From positions 3,348,001-3,412,000 of the forward strand of contig OZ024764.1 of NCBI GenBank assembly GCA_964016885.1: 64,000 nucleotides of DNA, written 5' to 3'. This document shows positions 29,001 through 43,127 of the stretch, piece by piece. A program made the translations under genes and the position numbers. The stretch is from Eledone cirrhosa (taxonomy: Eukaryota). The notes under the pieces were generated by a model, which saw only the letters and a list, made by a program, of their open reading frames with translations, made no database searches and had not been told where the DNA came from. Within the stretch, counting starts at the first letter, position 1. Each line of letters opens with the position of its first letter.

Positions 29001-32000
29001 TTGTCATGACACCTACACGGCCACATTACAACGTGGACTGTGTTTTTTTTGTCATGACACCTACACGGCCACATTACAGCGTGGACTGTGTGTTTTTTGT
29101 CATGACACCTACACGGCCACATTACAGCGTGGACTGTGTGTTTTTTGTCATGACACCTACACGGCCACATTATAGCGTGGACTGTGTGTTTTTGTCATGA
29201 CACCTACACGGCCACATTACAGCGTGGACTGTGGTTTTTTGTCATGACACCTACACGGCCACATTACAGCGTGGACTGTGTTTTTTTGTCGTGACACCTA
29301 CACGGCCACATTACAGCGTGGACTGTGTGTTTTTGTTGTGACACCTACACAGCCACATTACAGCGTGAAGTGTGTGTTTTTGTTGTGACACCTACACGGC
29401 CACATTACAGCGTGAACTGTGTGTTTTTGTTGTGACACCTACACGGCCACATTACAGCGTGGACTGTGTGTTTTTGTTGTGACACCTACACGGCCACATT
29501 ACAGCGTGGACTGTGTGTTTTTTGTCATGACACCTACACGGCCACATTACAGTGTGGACTGTGTGTTTTTTGTCATGACACCTACACGGCCACATTACAG
29601 CGTGGACTGTGTGTTTTTTGTCATGACACCTACACGACCACATTACAGCGTGGACTGTGTGTTTTTTGTCATGACACCTACAAGACCACATTACAGCGTG
29701 GACTGTGTGTTTTTTTGTTGTGACACCTACACGGCCACATTACAGCGTGGACTGTATGTTTTTTGTCATGACACCTACACGGCCACATTACAACGTGGAC
29801 TGTGTTTTTTTTGTCATGACACCTACACGGCCACATTACAGCGTGGACTGTGTGTTTTTTGTCATGACACCTACACGGCCACATTACAGCGTGGACTGTG
29901 TGTTTTTTGTCATGACACCTACACGGCCACATTATAGCGTGGACTGTGTGTTTTTGTCATGACACCTACACGGCCACATTACAGCGTGGACTGTGGTTTT
30001 TTGTCATGACACCTACACGGCCACATTACAGCGTGGACTGTGTTTTTTTGTCGTGACACCTACACGGCCACATTACAGCGTGGACTGTGTGTTTTTGTTG
30101 TGACACCTACACGGCCACATTACAGCGTGAAGTGTGTGTTTTTGTTGTGACACCTACACGGCCACATTACAGCGTGAACTGTGTGTTTTTGTTGTGACAC
30201 CTACACGGCCACATTACAGCGTGGACTGTGTGTTTTTGTTGTGACACCTACACGGCCACATTACAGCGTCGACTGTGTGTTTTTGTTGTGACACCTACAC
30301 GGCCACATTACAGCGTGGATTGTGTGTTTTTGTTGTGACACCTACACGGCCACATTACAGCGTGGACTGTGTGTTTTTGTTGTGACACCTACACGGCCAC
30401 ATTACAGCGTGGTCTGTGTGTTTTTGTTGTGACACCTACACGGCCACATTACAGTGTGGACTGTGTGTTATTTTGTTGTGACACCTACACGGCCACATTA
30501 CAGCGTCGACTGTGTGTTTTTGTTGTGACACCTACACGACCACATTACAGCGTGGACTGTGTGTTTTTGTTGTGACACCTACACGGCCACATTACAGCGT
30601 CGACTGTGTGTTTTTGTTGTGACACCTACACGGCCACATTACAGCGTGGACTGTGTGTTTTTGTTGTGACACCTACACGGCCACATTACAGCGTGGACTG
30701 TGTGTTTTTGTTGTGACACCTACACGACCACATTACAGCGTGGACTGTGTGTTTTTGTTGTGACACCTACACGGCCACATTACAGCGTGGACTGTGTGTT
30801 TTTTTGTTGTGACACCTACACGGCCACATTACAGCGTGGACTGTGTGTTTTTTTGTTGTGACACCTACACGGCCACATTACAGCGTGGACTGTGTGTTTT
30901 TGTTGTGTCACCTACATGGCCACATTACAGTGTGGACTGTGTGTTATTTTGTCGTGACACCTACACGGCCACATTACAGCGTGGACTGTGTGTTTTTGTT
31001 GTGACACCTACACGGCCATGTTACAGCGTGGACTGTGTGTTTTTTGTCATGACACCTACACGACCACATTACAGCGTCGACTGTGTGTTTTTTTGTTGTG
31101 ACACCTACACGGCCACATTACAGCGTGGACTGTGTGTTTTTTGTCATGACACCTACACGGCCACATTACAGCGTGGACTGTGTGTTTTTTGTTGTGACAC
31201 CTACACGGCCACATTACAGCGTGGACTGTGTTTTTTTGTTGTGACACCTACACGGCCACATTACAGCGTGGACTGTGTGTTTTTGTCATGACACCTACAT
31301 GGCCACGTTACAGCGTCGACTGTGTGTTTTTGTTGTGTCTCCTACACGGCCACATTACAGCATGGACTGTGTTTTTTTGTTGTGACACCTACACGGCCAC
31401 ATTACAGCGTGGACTGTGTGTTTTTGTTGTGACACCTACACGGCCACATTACAGCGTGGACTGTGTGTTTTTGTCGTGACACCTACACGGCCACATTACA
31501 GCGTGGACTGTGTGTTTTTGTCGTGACACCTACACGACCTCATTACAGCGTGGACTGTGTGTTTTTTGTCATGACACCTACACGACCACATTACAGCGTG
31601 GACTGTGTGTTTTTTGTCATGACACCTACAAGGCCACATTACAGCGTGGACTGTGTGTTTTTTTGTTGTGACACCTACACGGCCACATTACAGCGTGGAC
31701 TGTATGTTTTTTGTCATGACACCTACACGGCCACATTACAACGTGGACTGTGTTTTTTTTGTCATGACACCTACACGGCCACATTACAGCGTGGACTGTG
31801 TGTTTTTTGTCATGACACCTACACGGCCACATTACAGCGTGGACTGTGTGTTTTTTGTCATGACACCTACATGGCCACATTACAGCGTGGACTGTGTGTT
31901 TTTTTGTTGTGACACCTACACGGCCACATTACAGCGTGGACTGTGTGTTTTTTTGTTGTGACACCTACACGGCCACATTACAGCGTGGACTGTGTGTTTT

Positions 32001-35000
32001 TTGTCATGACACCTACACGGCCACATTACAGCATGGACTGTGTGTTTTTTTGTTGTGACACCTACACGGCCACATTACAGCGTAGACTGTGTTTTTTTTG
32101 TCATGACACCTACACGGCCACATTACAGCGTGGACTGTGTGTCTTTGTCATGACACCTACACGGCCACATTACAGCGTGGACTGTGTGTTTTTTGTCGTG
32201 ACACCTACACGGCCACATTACAGCGTGGACTGTGTGTTTTTGTTGTGACACCTACACGGCCACATTACAGCGTGGACTGTGTGTTTTTTTGTTGTGACAC
32301 CTACACGGCCACATTACAGCGTGGACTGTGTGTTTTTTGTCATGACACCTACACGGCCACATTACAGTGTGGACTGTGTGTTTTTTGTCATGACACCTAC
32401 ACGGCCACATTACAGCGTGGACTGTGTGTTTTTTGTCATGACACCTACACGACCACATTACAGCGTGGACTGTGTGTTTTTTGTCATGACACCTACAAGG
32501 CCACATTACAGCGTGGACTGTGTGTTTTTTTGTTGTGACACCTACACGGCCACATTACAGCGTGGACTGTATGTTTTTTGTCATGACACCTACACGGCCA
32601 CATTACAACGTGGACTGTGTTTTTTTTGTCATGACACCTACACGGCCACATTACAGCGTGGACTGTGGTTTTTTGTCATGACACCTACACGGCCACATTA
32701 CAGCGTGGACTGTGTTTTTTTGTCGTGACACCTACACGACCACATTACAGTGTGGACTGTGTTTTTGTTGTGACACCTACACGGCCACATTACAGCGTGA
32801 AGTGTGTGTTTTTGTTGTGACACCTACACGGCCACATTACAGCGTGAACTGTGTGTTTTTGTTGTGACACCTACACGGCCACATTACAGCGTCGACTGTG
32901 TGTTTTTGTTGTGACACCTACACGGCCACATTACAGCGTCGACTGTGTGTTTTTGTTGTGACACCTACACGGCCACATTACAGCGTGGACTGTGTGTTTT
33001 TGTTGTGACACCTACACGGCCACATTACAGCGTGGACTGTGTGTTTTTGTTGTGACACCTACACGGCCACATTACAGCGTGGACTGTGTGTTTTTGTTGT
33101 GACACCTACACGGCCACATTACAGAGTGGACTGTGTGTTATTTTGTTGTGACACCTACACGGCCACATTACAGCGTCGACTGTGTGTTTTTGTTGTGACA
33201 CCTACACGACCACATTACAGCGTGGACTGTGTGTTTTTGTTGTGACACCTACACGGCCACATTACAGCGTCGACTGTGTGTTTTTGTTGTGACACCTACA
33301 CGACCACATTACAGCGTGGACTGTGAGTTTTTGTTGTGACACCTACACGGCCACATTACAGCGTGGACTGTGTGTTTTTTTGTTGTGACACCTACACGGC
33401 CACATTACAGCGTGGACTGTGTGTTTTTTTGTTGTGACACCTACACGGCCACATTACAGCGTGGACTGTGTGTTTTTGTTGTGTCACCTACATGGCCACA
33501 TTACAGCGTGGACTGTGTGTTTTTGTTGTGACACCTACACGGCCACGTTACAGCGTGGACTGTGTGTTTTTGTTGCGACACCTACACGGCCACGTTACAG
33601 CGTGGACTGTGTTTTTTGTCATGACACCTACACGACCACATTACAGCGTGGACTGTGTGTTTTTGTTGTGACACCTACACGGCCACATTACAGCGTCGAC
33701 TGTGTGTTTTTTTGTTGTGACACCTACACGGCCACATTACAGCGTGGACTGTGTGTTTTTTGTCATGACACCTACACGGCCACATTACAGCGTGGACTGT
33801 GTGTTTTTTGTTGTGACACCTACACGGCCACATTACAGCGTGGACTGTGTTTTTTTGTTGTGACACCTACACGGCCACATTACAGCGTGGACTGTGTGTT
33901 TTTGCCATGACACCTACATGGCCACGTTACAGCGTCGACTGTGTGTTTTTGTTGTGTCTCCTACACGGCCACATTACAGCGTGGACTGTGTTTTTTTGTT
34001 GTGACACCTACACGGCCACATTACAGCGTGGACTGTGTGTTTTTGTTGTGACACCTACACGGCCACATTACAGCGTGGACTGTGTGTTTTTGTCGTGACA
34101 CCTACACGGCCACATTACAGCGTGGACTGTGTGTTTTTGTCGTGACACCTACACGACCTCATTACAGCGTGGACTGTGTGTTTTTGTCGTGACACCTACA
34201 CGACCTCATTACAGCGTGGACTGTGTGTTTTTGTCGTGACACCTACACAACCTCATTACAGCGTGGACTGTGTGTTTTTTTGTTGTGACACCTACACGGC
34301 CACATTACAGCGTGGACTGTGTGTTTTTTGTCATGACACCTACACGGCCACATTACAGTGTGGACTGTGTGTTTTTTGTCATGACACCTACACGGCCACA
34401 TTACAGCGTGGACTGTGTGTTTTTTGTCATGACACCTACACGGCCACATTACAGCGTGGACTGTGGTTTTTTGTCATGACACCTACACGGCCACATTACA
34501 GCGTGGACTGTGTTTTTTTGTCGTGACACCTACACGGCCACATTACAGCGTGGACTGTGTGTTTTTGTTGTGACACCTACACGGCCACATTACAGCGTGA
34601 AGTGTGTGTTTTTGTTGTGACACCTACACGGCCACATTACAGCGTGAACTGTGTGTTTTTGTTGTGACACCTACACGGCCACATTACAGCGTGGACTGTG
34701 TGTTTTTGTTGTGACACCTACACGGCCACATTACAGCGTCGACTGTGTGTTTTTGTTGTGACACCTACACGGCCACATTACAGCGTGGATTGTGTGTTTT
34801 TGTTGTGACACCTACACGGCCACATTACAGCGTGGACTGTGTGTTTTTGTTGTGACACCTACACGGCCACATTACAGCGTGGTCTGTGTGTTTTTGTTGT
34901 GACACCTACACGGCCACATTACAGTGTGGACTGTGTGTTATTTTGTTGTGACACCTACACGGCCACATTACAGCGTCGACTGTGTGTTTTTGTTGTGACA

Positions 35001-38000
35001 CCTACACGACCACATTACAGCGTGGACTGTGTGTTTTTGTTGTGACACCTACACGGCCACATTACAGCGTCGACTGTGTGTTTTTGTTGTGACACCTACA
35101 CGGCCACATTACAGCGTGGACTGTGTGTTTTTGTTGTGACACCTACACGGCCACATTACAGCGTGGACTGTGTGTTTTTGTTGTGACACCTACACGACCA
35201 CATTACAGCGTGGACTGTGTGTTTTTGTTGTGACACCTACACGGCCACATTACAGCGTGGACTGTGTGTTTTTTTGTTGTGACACCTACACGGCCACATT
35301 ACAGCGTGGACTGTGTGTTTTTTTGTTGTGACACCTACACGGCCACATTACAGCGTGGACTGTGTGTTTTTGTTGTGTCACCTACATGGCCACATTACAG
35401 TGTGGACTGTGTGTTATTTTGTCGTGACACCTACACGGCCACATTACAGCGTGGACTGTGTGTTTTTGTTGTGACACCTACACGGCCATGTTACAGCGTG
35501 GACTGTGTGTTTTTTGTCATGACACCTACACGACCACATTACAGCGTCGACTGTGTGTTTTTTTGTTGTGACACCTACACGGCCACATTACAGCGTGGAC
35601 TGTGTGTTTTTTGTCATGACACCTACACGGCCACATTACAGCGTGGACTGTGTGTTTTTTGTTGTGACACCTACACGGCCACATTACAGCGTGGACTGTG
35701 TTTTTTTGTTGTGACACCTACACGGCCACATTACAGCGTGGACTGTGTGTTTTTGTCATGACACCTACATGGCCACGTTACAGCGTCGACTGTGTGTTTT
35801 TGTTGTGTCTCCTACACGGCCACATTACAGCATGGACTGTGTTTTTTTGTTGTGACACCTACACGGCCACATTACAGCGTGGACTGTGTGTTTTTGTTGT
35901 GACACCTACACGGCCACATTACAGCGTGGACTGTGTGTTTTTGTCGTGACACCTACAAGGCCACATTACAGCGTGGACTGTGTGTTTTTGTCGTGACACC
36001 TACACGACCTCATTACAGCGTGGACTGTGTGTTTTTTGTCATGACACCTACACGACCACATTACAGCGTGGACTGTGTGTTTTTTGTCATGACACCTACA
36101 AGGCCACATTACAGCGTGGACTGTGTGTTTTTTTGTTGTGACACCTACACGGCCACATTACAGCGTGGACTGTATGTTTTTTGTCATGACACCTACACGG
36201 CCACATTACAACGTGGACTGTGTTTTTTTTGTCATGACACCTACACGGCCACATTACAGCGTGGACTGTGTGTTTTTTGTCATGACACCTACACGGCCAC
36301 ATTACAGCGTGGACTGTGTGTTTTTTGTCATGACACCTACATGGCCACATTACAGCGTGGACTGTGTGTTTTTTTGTTGTGACACCTACACGGCCACATT
36401 ACAGCGTGGACTGTGTGTTTTTTTGTTGTGACACCTAAACGGCCACATTACAGCGTGGACTGTGTGTTTTTTGTCATGACACCTACACGGCCACATTACA
36501 GCATGGACTGTGTGTTTTTTTGTTGTGACACCTACACGGCCACATTACAGCGTAGACTGTGTTTTTTTTGTCATGACACCTACACGGCCACATTACAGCG
36601 TGGACTGTGTGTCTTTGTCATGACACCTACACGGCCACATTACAGCGTGGACTGTGTGTTTTTTGTCGTGACACCTACACGGCCACATTACAGCGTGGAC
36701 TGTGTGTTTTTGTTGTGACACCTACACGGCCACATTACAGCGTGGACTGTGTGTTTTTTTGTTGTGACACCTACACGGCCACATTACAGCGTGGACTGTG
36801 TGTTTTTTGTCATGACACCTACACGGCCACATTACAGTGTGGACTGTGTGTTTTTTGTCATGACACCTACACGGCCACATTACAGCGTGGACTGTGTGTT
36901 TTTTGTCATGACACCTACACGACCACATTACAGCGTGGACTGTGTGTTTTTTGTCATGACACCTACAAGGCCACATTACAGCGTGGACTGTGTGTTTTTT
37001 TGTTGTGACACCTACACGGCCACATTACAGCGTGGACTGTATGTTTTTTGTCATGACACCTACACGGCCACATTACAACGTGGACTGTGTTTTTTTTGTC
37101 ATGACACCTACACGGCCACATTACAGCGTGGACTGTGGTTTTTTGTCATGACACCTACACGGCCACATTACAGCGTGGACTGTGTTTTTTTGTCGTGACA
37201 CCTACACGACCACATTACAGTGTGGACTGTGTTTTTGTTGTGACACCTACACGGCCACATTACAGCGTGAAGTGTGTGTTTTTGTTGTGACACCTACACG
37301 GCCACATTACAGCGTGAACTGTGTGTTTTTGTTGTGACACCTACACGGCCACATTACAGCGTCGACTGTGTGTTTTTGTTGTGACACCTACACGGCCACA
37401 TTACAGCGTCGACTGTGTGTTTTTGTTGTGACACCTACACGGCCACATTACAGCGTGGACTGTGTGTTTTTGTTGTGACACCTACACGGCCACATTACAG
37501 CGTGGACTGTGTGTTTTTGTTGTGACACCTACACGGCCACATTACAGCGTGGACTGTGTGTTTTTGTTGTGACACCTACACGGCCACATTACAGTGTGGA
37601 CTGTGTGTTATTTTGTTGTGACACCTACACGGCCACATTACAGCGTCGACTGTGTGTTTTTGTTGTGACACCTACACGACCACATTACAGCGTGGACTGT
37701 GTGTTTTTGTTGTGACACCTACACGGCCACATTACAGCGTCGACTGTGTGTTTTTGTTGACACCTACACGACCACATTACAGCGTGGACTGTGTGTTTTT
37801 GTTGTGACACCTACACGGCCACATTACAGCGTGGACTGTGTGTTTTTTTGTTGTGACACCTACACGGCCACATTACAGCGTGGACTGTGTGTTTTTTTGT
37901 TGTGACACCTACACGGCCACATTACAGCGTGGACTGTGTGTTTTTGTTGTGTCACCTACATGGCCACATTACAGCGTGGACTGTGTGTTTTTGTTGTGAC

Positions 38001-41000
38001 ACCTACACGGCCACGTTACAGCGTGGACTGTGTGTTTTTGTTGCGACACCTACACGGCCACGTTACAGCGTGGACTGTGTTTTTTGTCATGACACCTACA
38101 CGACCACATTACAGCGTGGACTGTGTGTTTTTGTTGTGACACCTACACGGCCACATTACAGCGTCGACTGTGTGTTTTTTTGTTGTGACACCTACACGGC
38201 CACATTACAGCGTGGACTGTGTGTTTTTTGTCATGACACCTACACGGCCACATTACAGCGTGGACTGTGTGTTTTTTGTTGTGACACCTACACGGCCACA
38301 TTACAGCGTGGACTGTGTTTTTTTGTTGTGACACCTACACGGCCACATTACAGCGTGGACTGTGTGTTTTTGCCATGACACCTACATGGCCACGTTACAG
38401 CGTCGACTGTGTGTTTTTGTTGTGTCTCCTACACGGCCACATTACAGCGTGGACTGTGTTTTTTTGTTGTGACACCTACACGGCCACATTACAGCGTGGA
38501 CTGTGTGTTTTTGTTGTGACACCTACACGGCCACATTACAGCGTGGACTGTGTGTTTTTGTCGTGACACCTACACGGCCACATTACAGCGTGGACTGTGT
38601 GTTTTTGTCGTGACACCTACACGACCTCATTACAGCGTGGACTGTGTGTTTTTGTCGTGACACCTACACGACCTCATTACAGCGTGGACTGTGTGTTTTT
38701 GTCGTGACACCTACACAACCTCATTACAGCGTGGACTGTGTGTTTTTTTGTTGTGACACCTACACGGCCACATTACAGCGTGGACTGTGTGTTTTTTGTC
38801 ATGACACCTACACGGCCACATTACAGTGTGGACTGTGTGTTTTTTGTCATGACACCTACACGGCCACATTACAGCGTGGACTGTGTGTTTTTTGTCATGA
38901 CACCTACACGACCACATTACAGCGTGGACTGTGTGTTTTTTGTCATGACACCTACAAGACCACATTACAGCGTGGACTGTGTGTTTTTTTGTTGTGACAC
39001 CTACACGGCCACATTACAGCGTGGACTGTATGTTTTTTGTCATGACACCTACACGGCCACATTACAACGTGGACTGTGTTTTTTTTGTCATGACACCTAC
39101 ACGGCCACATTACAGCGTGGACTGTGTGTTTTTTGTCATGACACCTACACGGCCACATTACAGCGTGGACTGTGTGTTTTTTGTCATGACACCTACACGG
39201 CCACATTATAGCGTGGACTGTGTGTTTTTGTCATGACACCTACACGGCCACATTACAGCGTGGACTGTGGTTTTTTGTCATGACACCTACACGGCCACAT
39301 TACAGCGTGGACTGTGTTTTTTTGTCGTGACACCTACACGGCCACATTACAGCGTGGACTGTGTGTTTTTGTTGTGACACCTACACGGCCACATTACAGC
39401 GTGAAGTGTGTGTTTTTGTTGTGACACCTACACGGCCACATTACAGCGTGAACTTTGTGTTTTTGTTGTGACACCTACACGGCCACATTACAGCGTGGAC
39501 TGTGTGTTTTTGTTGTGACACCTACACGGCCACATTACAGCGTCAACTGTGTGTTTTTGTTGTGACACCTACACGGCCACATTACAGCGTGGACTGTGTG
39601 TTTTTGTTGTGACACCTACACGGCCACATTACAGCGTGGACTGTGTGTTTTTGTTGTGACACCTACACGGCCACATTACAGCGTGGACTGTGTGTTTTTG
39701 TTGTGACACCTACACGGCCACATTACAGTGTGGACTGTGTGTTATTTTGTTGTGACACCTACACGGCCACATTACAGCGTCGACTGTGTGTTTTTGTTGT
39801 GACACCTACACGACCACATTACAGCGTGGACTGTGTGTTTTTGTTGTGACACCTACACGGCCACATTACAGCGTCGACTGTGTGTTTTTGTTGTGACACC
39901 TACACGGCCACATTACAGCGTGGACTGTGTGTTTTTGTTGTGACACCTACACGGCCACATTACAGCGTGGACTGTGTGTTTTTGTTGTGACACCTACACG
40001 GCCACATTACAGCGTGGACTGTGTGTTTTTGTTGTGACACCTACACGGCCACATTACAGCGTGGACTGTGTGTTTTTTTGTTGTGACACCTACACGGCCA
40101 CATTACAGCGTGGACTGTGTGTTTTTTTGTTGTGACACCTACACGGCCACATTACAGCGTGGACTGTGTGTTTTTGTTGTGTCACCTACATGGCCACATT
40201 ACAGTGTGGACTGTGTGTTATTTTGTCGTGACACCTACACGGCCACATTACAGCGTGGACTGTGTGTTTTTGTTGTGACACCTACACGGCCACGTTACAG
40301 CGTGGACTGTGTGTTTTTTGTCATGACACCTACACGACCACATTACAGCGTCGACTGTGTGTTTTTTTGTTGTGACACCTACACGGCCACATTACAGCGT
40401 CGACTGTGTGTTTTTTGTCATGACACCTACACGGCCACATTACAGCGTGGACTGTGTGTTTTTTGTTGTGACACCTACACGGCCACATTACAGCGTGGAC
40501 TGTGTTTTTTTGTTGTGACACCTACACGGCCACATTACAGCGTGGACTGTGTGTTTTTGTCATGACACCTACATGGCCACGTTACAGCGTCGACTGTGTG
40601 TTTTTGTTGTGTCTCCTACACGGCCACATTACAGCGTGGACTGTGTTTTTTTGTTGTGACACCTACACGGCCACATTACAGCGTGGACTGTGTGTTTTTG
40701 TTGTGACACCTACACGGCCACATTACAGCGTGGACTGTGTGTTTTTGTCGTGACACCTACACGACCACATTACAGCGTGGACTGTGTGTTTTTGTCGTGA
40801 CACCTACACGACCTCATTACAGCGTGGACTGTGCGTTTTTGTCGTGACACCTACACGACCTCATTACAGCGTGGACTGTGTGTTTTTGTCGTGACACCTA
40901 CACGACCTCATTACAGCGTGGACTGTGTGTTTTTGTCGTGACACCTACACGACCTCATTACAGCGTGGACTGTGTGTTTTTGTCGTGACACCTACACGAC

Positions 41001-41419
41001 CTCATTACAGCGTGGACTGTGTGTTTTTGTCGTGACACCTACATGGCCACATTACAGCGTGGACTGTGTGTTTTTGTCATGACACCTACATGGCCACATT
41101 ACAGCGTGGACTGTGTGTTTTTGTTGTGACACCTACACGGCCACATTACAGCGTGGACTGTGTGTTTTTGTTGTGACACCTACACGGCCACATTACAGCG
41201 TGGACTGTGTGTTTTTGTCGTGACACCTACACGGCCACATTACAGCGTGGACTGTGTGTTTTTGTTGTGACACCTACACGGCCACATTACAGCGTGGACT
41301 GTGTGTTTTTGTCGTGACACCTACACGACCACATTACAGTGTGGACTGTGTGTTTTTGTCGTGACACCTACACGACCTCATTACAGTGTGGACTGTGTGT
41401 GACACCTATACGACCTCAT
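17011..41419 (-). mobile_element. SINE-like family A copy hosting the giant satellite
   Basis: (GAT)n-tail end at 17011-17193 is colinear with other family A copies; the array ends in 'gacacctatacgacctcat', matching the element's other end at 42032-42050. Confidence 0.8.
17194..41419. repeat. 47-bp satellite, roughly 510 monomers, with higher-order repeats
   Basis: Unit gtgacacctacacggccacattacagcgtggactgtgtgtttttgtt; 45-49-bp variants arise from T-run and TG length changes. Confidence 0.98.
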
Positions 41420-41734
41420 GTATGCATACATATATGTCTATGTATATATACACATATATATATGTATCAGTGTTAGGTATTTCTGAAGAAAAAGCAAAGA
41501 AAAAAAAGAGTGCTCTATGTATAGAACAGAGCTATTTAATTAGAAAGTGAACAACACAAAATATAACTAATCCATTACCAAAGGTTTCTGGACCCTAGGC
41601 AGTAGTAACACACGTGTAGGTCATTCATGAGAGAGAGAGGTTATGAATTGAAAAATGAATTATCATCATCATTTTCTTTATTGTATAGTTCTCATTTCAG
41701 ATTTTTTAGATTCAGATAAAGACTTATTAAATTT

Positions 41735-41955
41735 GAAATATGGGTGTCATTGGGTTCACAATCGTTTCATTTCCGACAATGCATTGTGTCCTTGAGCAAG
41801 ACATTTTTTTTCGTGTTGCTCTAGTCTACTCACCTGGAAAAATTACATTGTACCTGTTAATCAAATTGCTTGTTTTATCATACAGTGTGTCGCACTAAAT
41901 CTTGCTGAGAACAATGTGTCTATGGACTACTCAGCCACTTGCATGTTAACATTGT
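41735..41955 (+). mobile_element. Degenerate SINE
   Basis: 'ttgtgtccttgagcaagacatttt..gttgctctagtctactca..tactcagccacttgcatgttaa'. Confidence 0.6.
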
Positions 41956-42016
41956 CAAAACAAATGGTGGTGCAACAATAATAAACATTGAATAAAATAA
42001 ATAATAAATATTTATA

Positions 42017-43127
42017 TCCAGGCCGAAACAAATGAGGTCGTGTAGGTGTCACGACAAAAAAACACACAGTCCACGCTGTAATGTGGTCGTGTAGGTGTCA
42101 CAACAAAAACACACAGTCCACGCTGTAATGTGGCCGTGTAGGTGTCACGACAAAAACACACAGTCCACGCTGTAATGTGGCCGTGTAGGTGTCACGACAA
42201 AAACACACAGTCCACGCTGTAATGTGGCCGTGTAGGTGTCACGACAAAAACACACAGTCCACGCTGTAATGTGGCCGTGTAGGTGTCACGACAAAAACAC
42301 ACAGTCCACGCTGTAATGTGGCCGTGTAGGTGTCACGACAAAAACACACAGTCCACGCTGTAATGTGGCCGTGTAGGTGTCACGACAAAAACACACAGTC
42401 CACGCTGTAATGTGGCCGTGTAGGTGTCACGACAAAAACACACAGTCCACGCTGTAATGTGGCCGTGTAGGTGTCACAACAAAAACACACAGTCCACGCT
42501 GTAATGTGGCCGTGTAGGTGTCACGACAAAAACACACAGTCCACGCTGTAATGTGGCCGTGTAGGTGTCATGACAAAAAACACACAGTCCACGCTGTAAT
42601 GTGGTCGTGTAGGTGTCACGACAAAAACACACAGTCCACGCTGTAATGTGGCCGTGTAGGTGTCACGACAAAAACACACAGTCCACGCTGTAATGTGGCC
42701 GTGTAGGTGTCACGACAAAAACACACAGTCCACGCTGTAATGTGGCCGTGTAGGTGTCACGACAAAAACACACAGTCCACGCTGTAATGTGGCCGTGTAG
42801 GTGTCACAACAAAAACACACAGTCCACGCTGTAATGTGGCCGTGTAGGTGTCACAACAAAAACACACAGTCCACGCTGTAATGTGGCCGTGTAGGTGTCA
42901 TGACAAAAAACACACAGTCCACGCTGTAATGTGGCCGTGTAGGCAACACGGTAAAAACCTCCCTGTCCCACACTGTAAATGTGGTTGGTGTTAGGAAGGG
43001 CATCCAACTGTAGAAAACCTGCCAGACAGTCCTATGCGAGCAAGACAACCACTCTTGCCTCAAGTGGGAAAACCCCCGTCCAAACCCATGCAAGCGTGGA
43101 ACACGGACGTTAAACGTTGATGATGAT
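42017..43127 (+). mobile_element. SINE-like family A copy with about 19 tandem 47-mers, inverted relative to the giant array
   Basis: Reverse complement of the 47-mer at 42037-42950; tail ggacgttaaacgttgatgatgat. Confidence 0.9.

Noticed and set aside
17194-41419. CRISPR-like array, or protein-coding repeats in the many 60-190 aa ORFs
   Set aside because: Monomers are contiguous with no unique spacers and no cas genes; the ORFs are frame-shifting translations of the satellite
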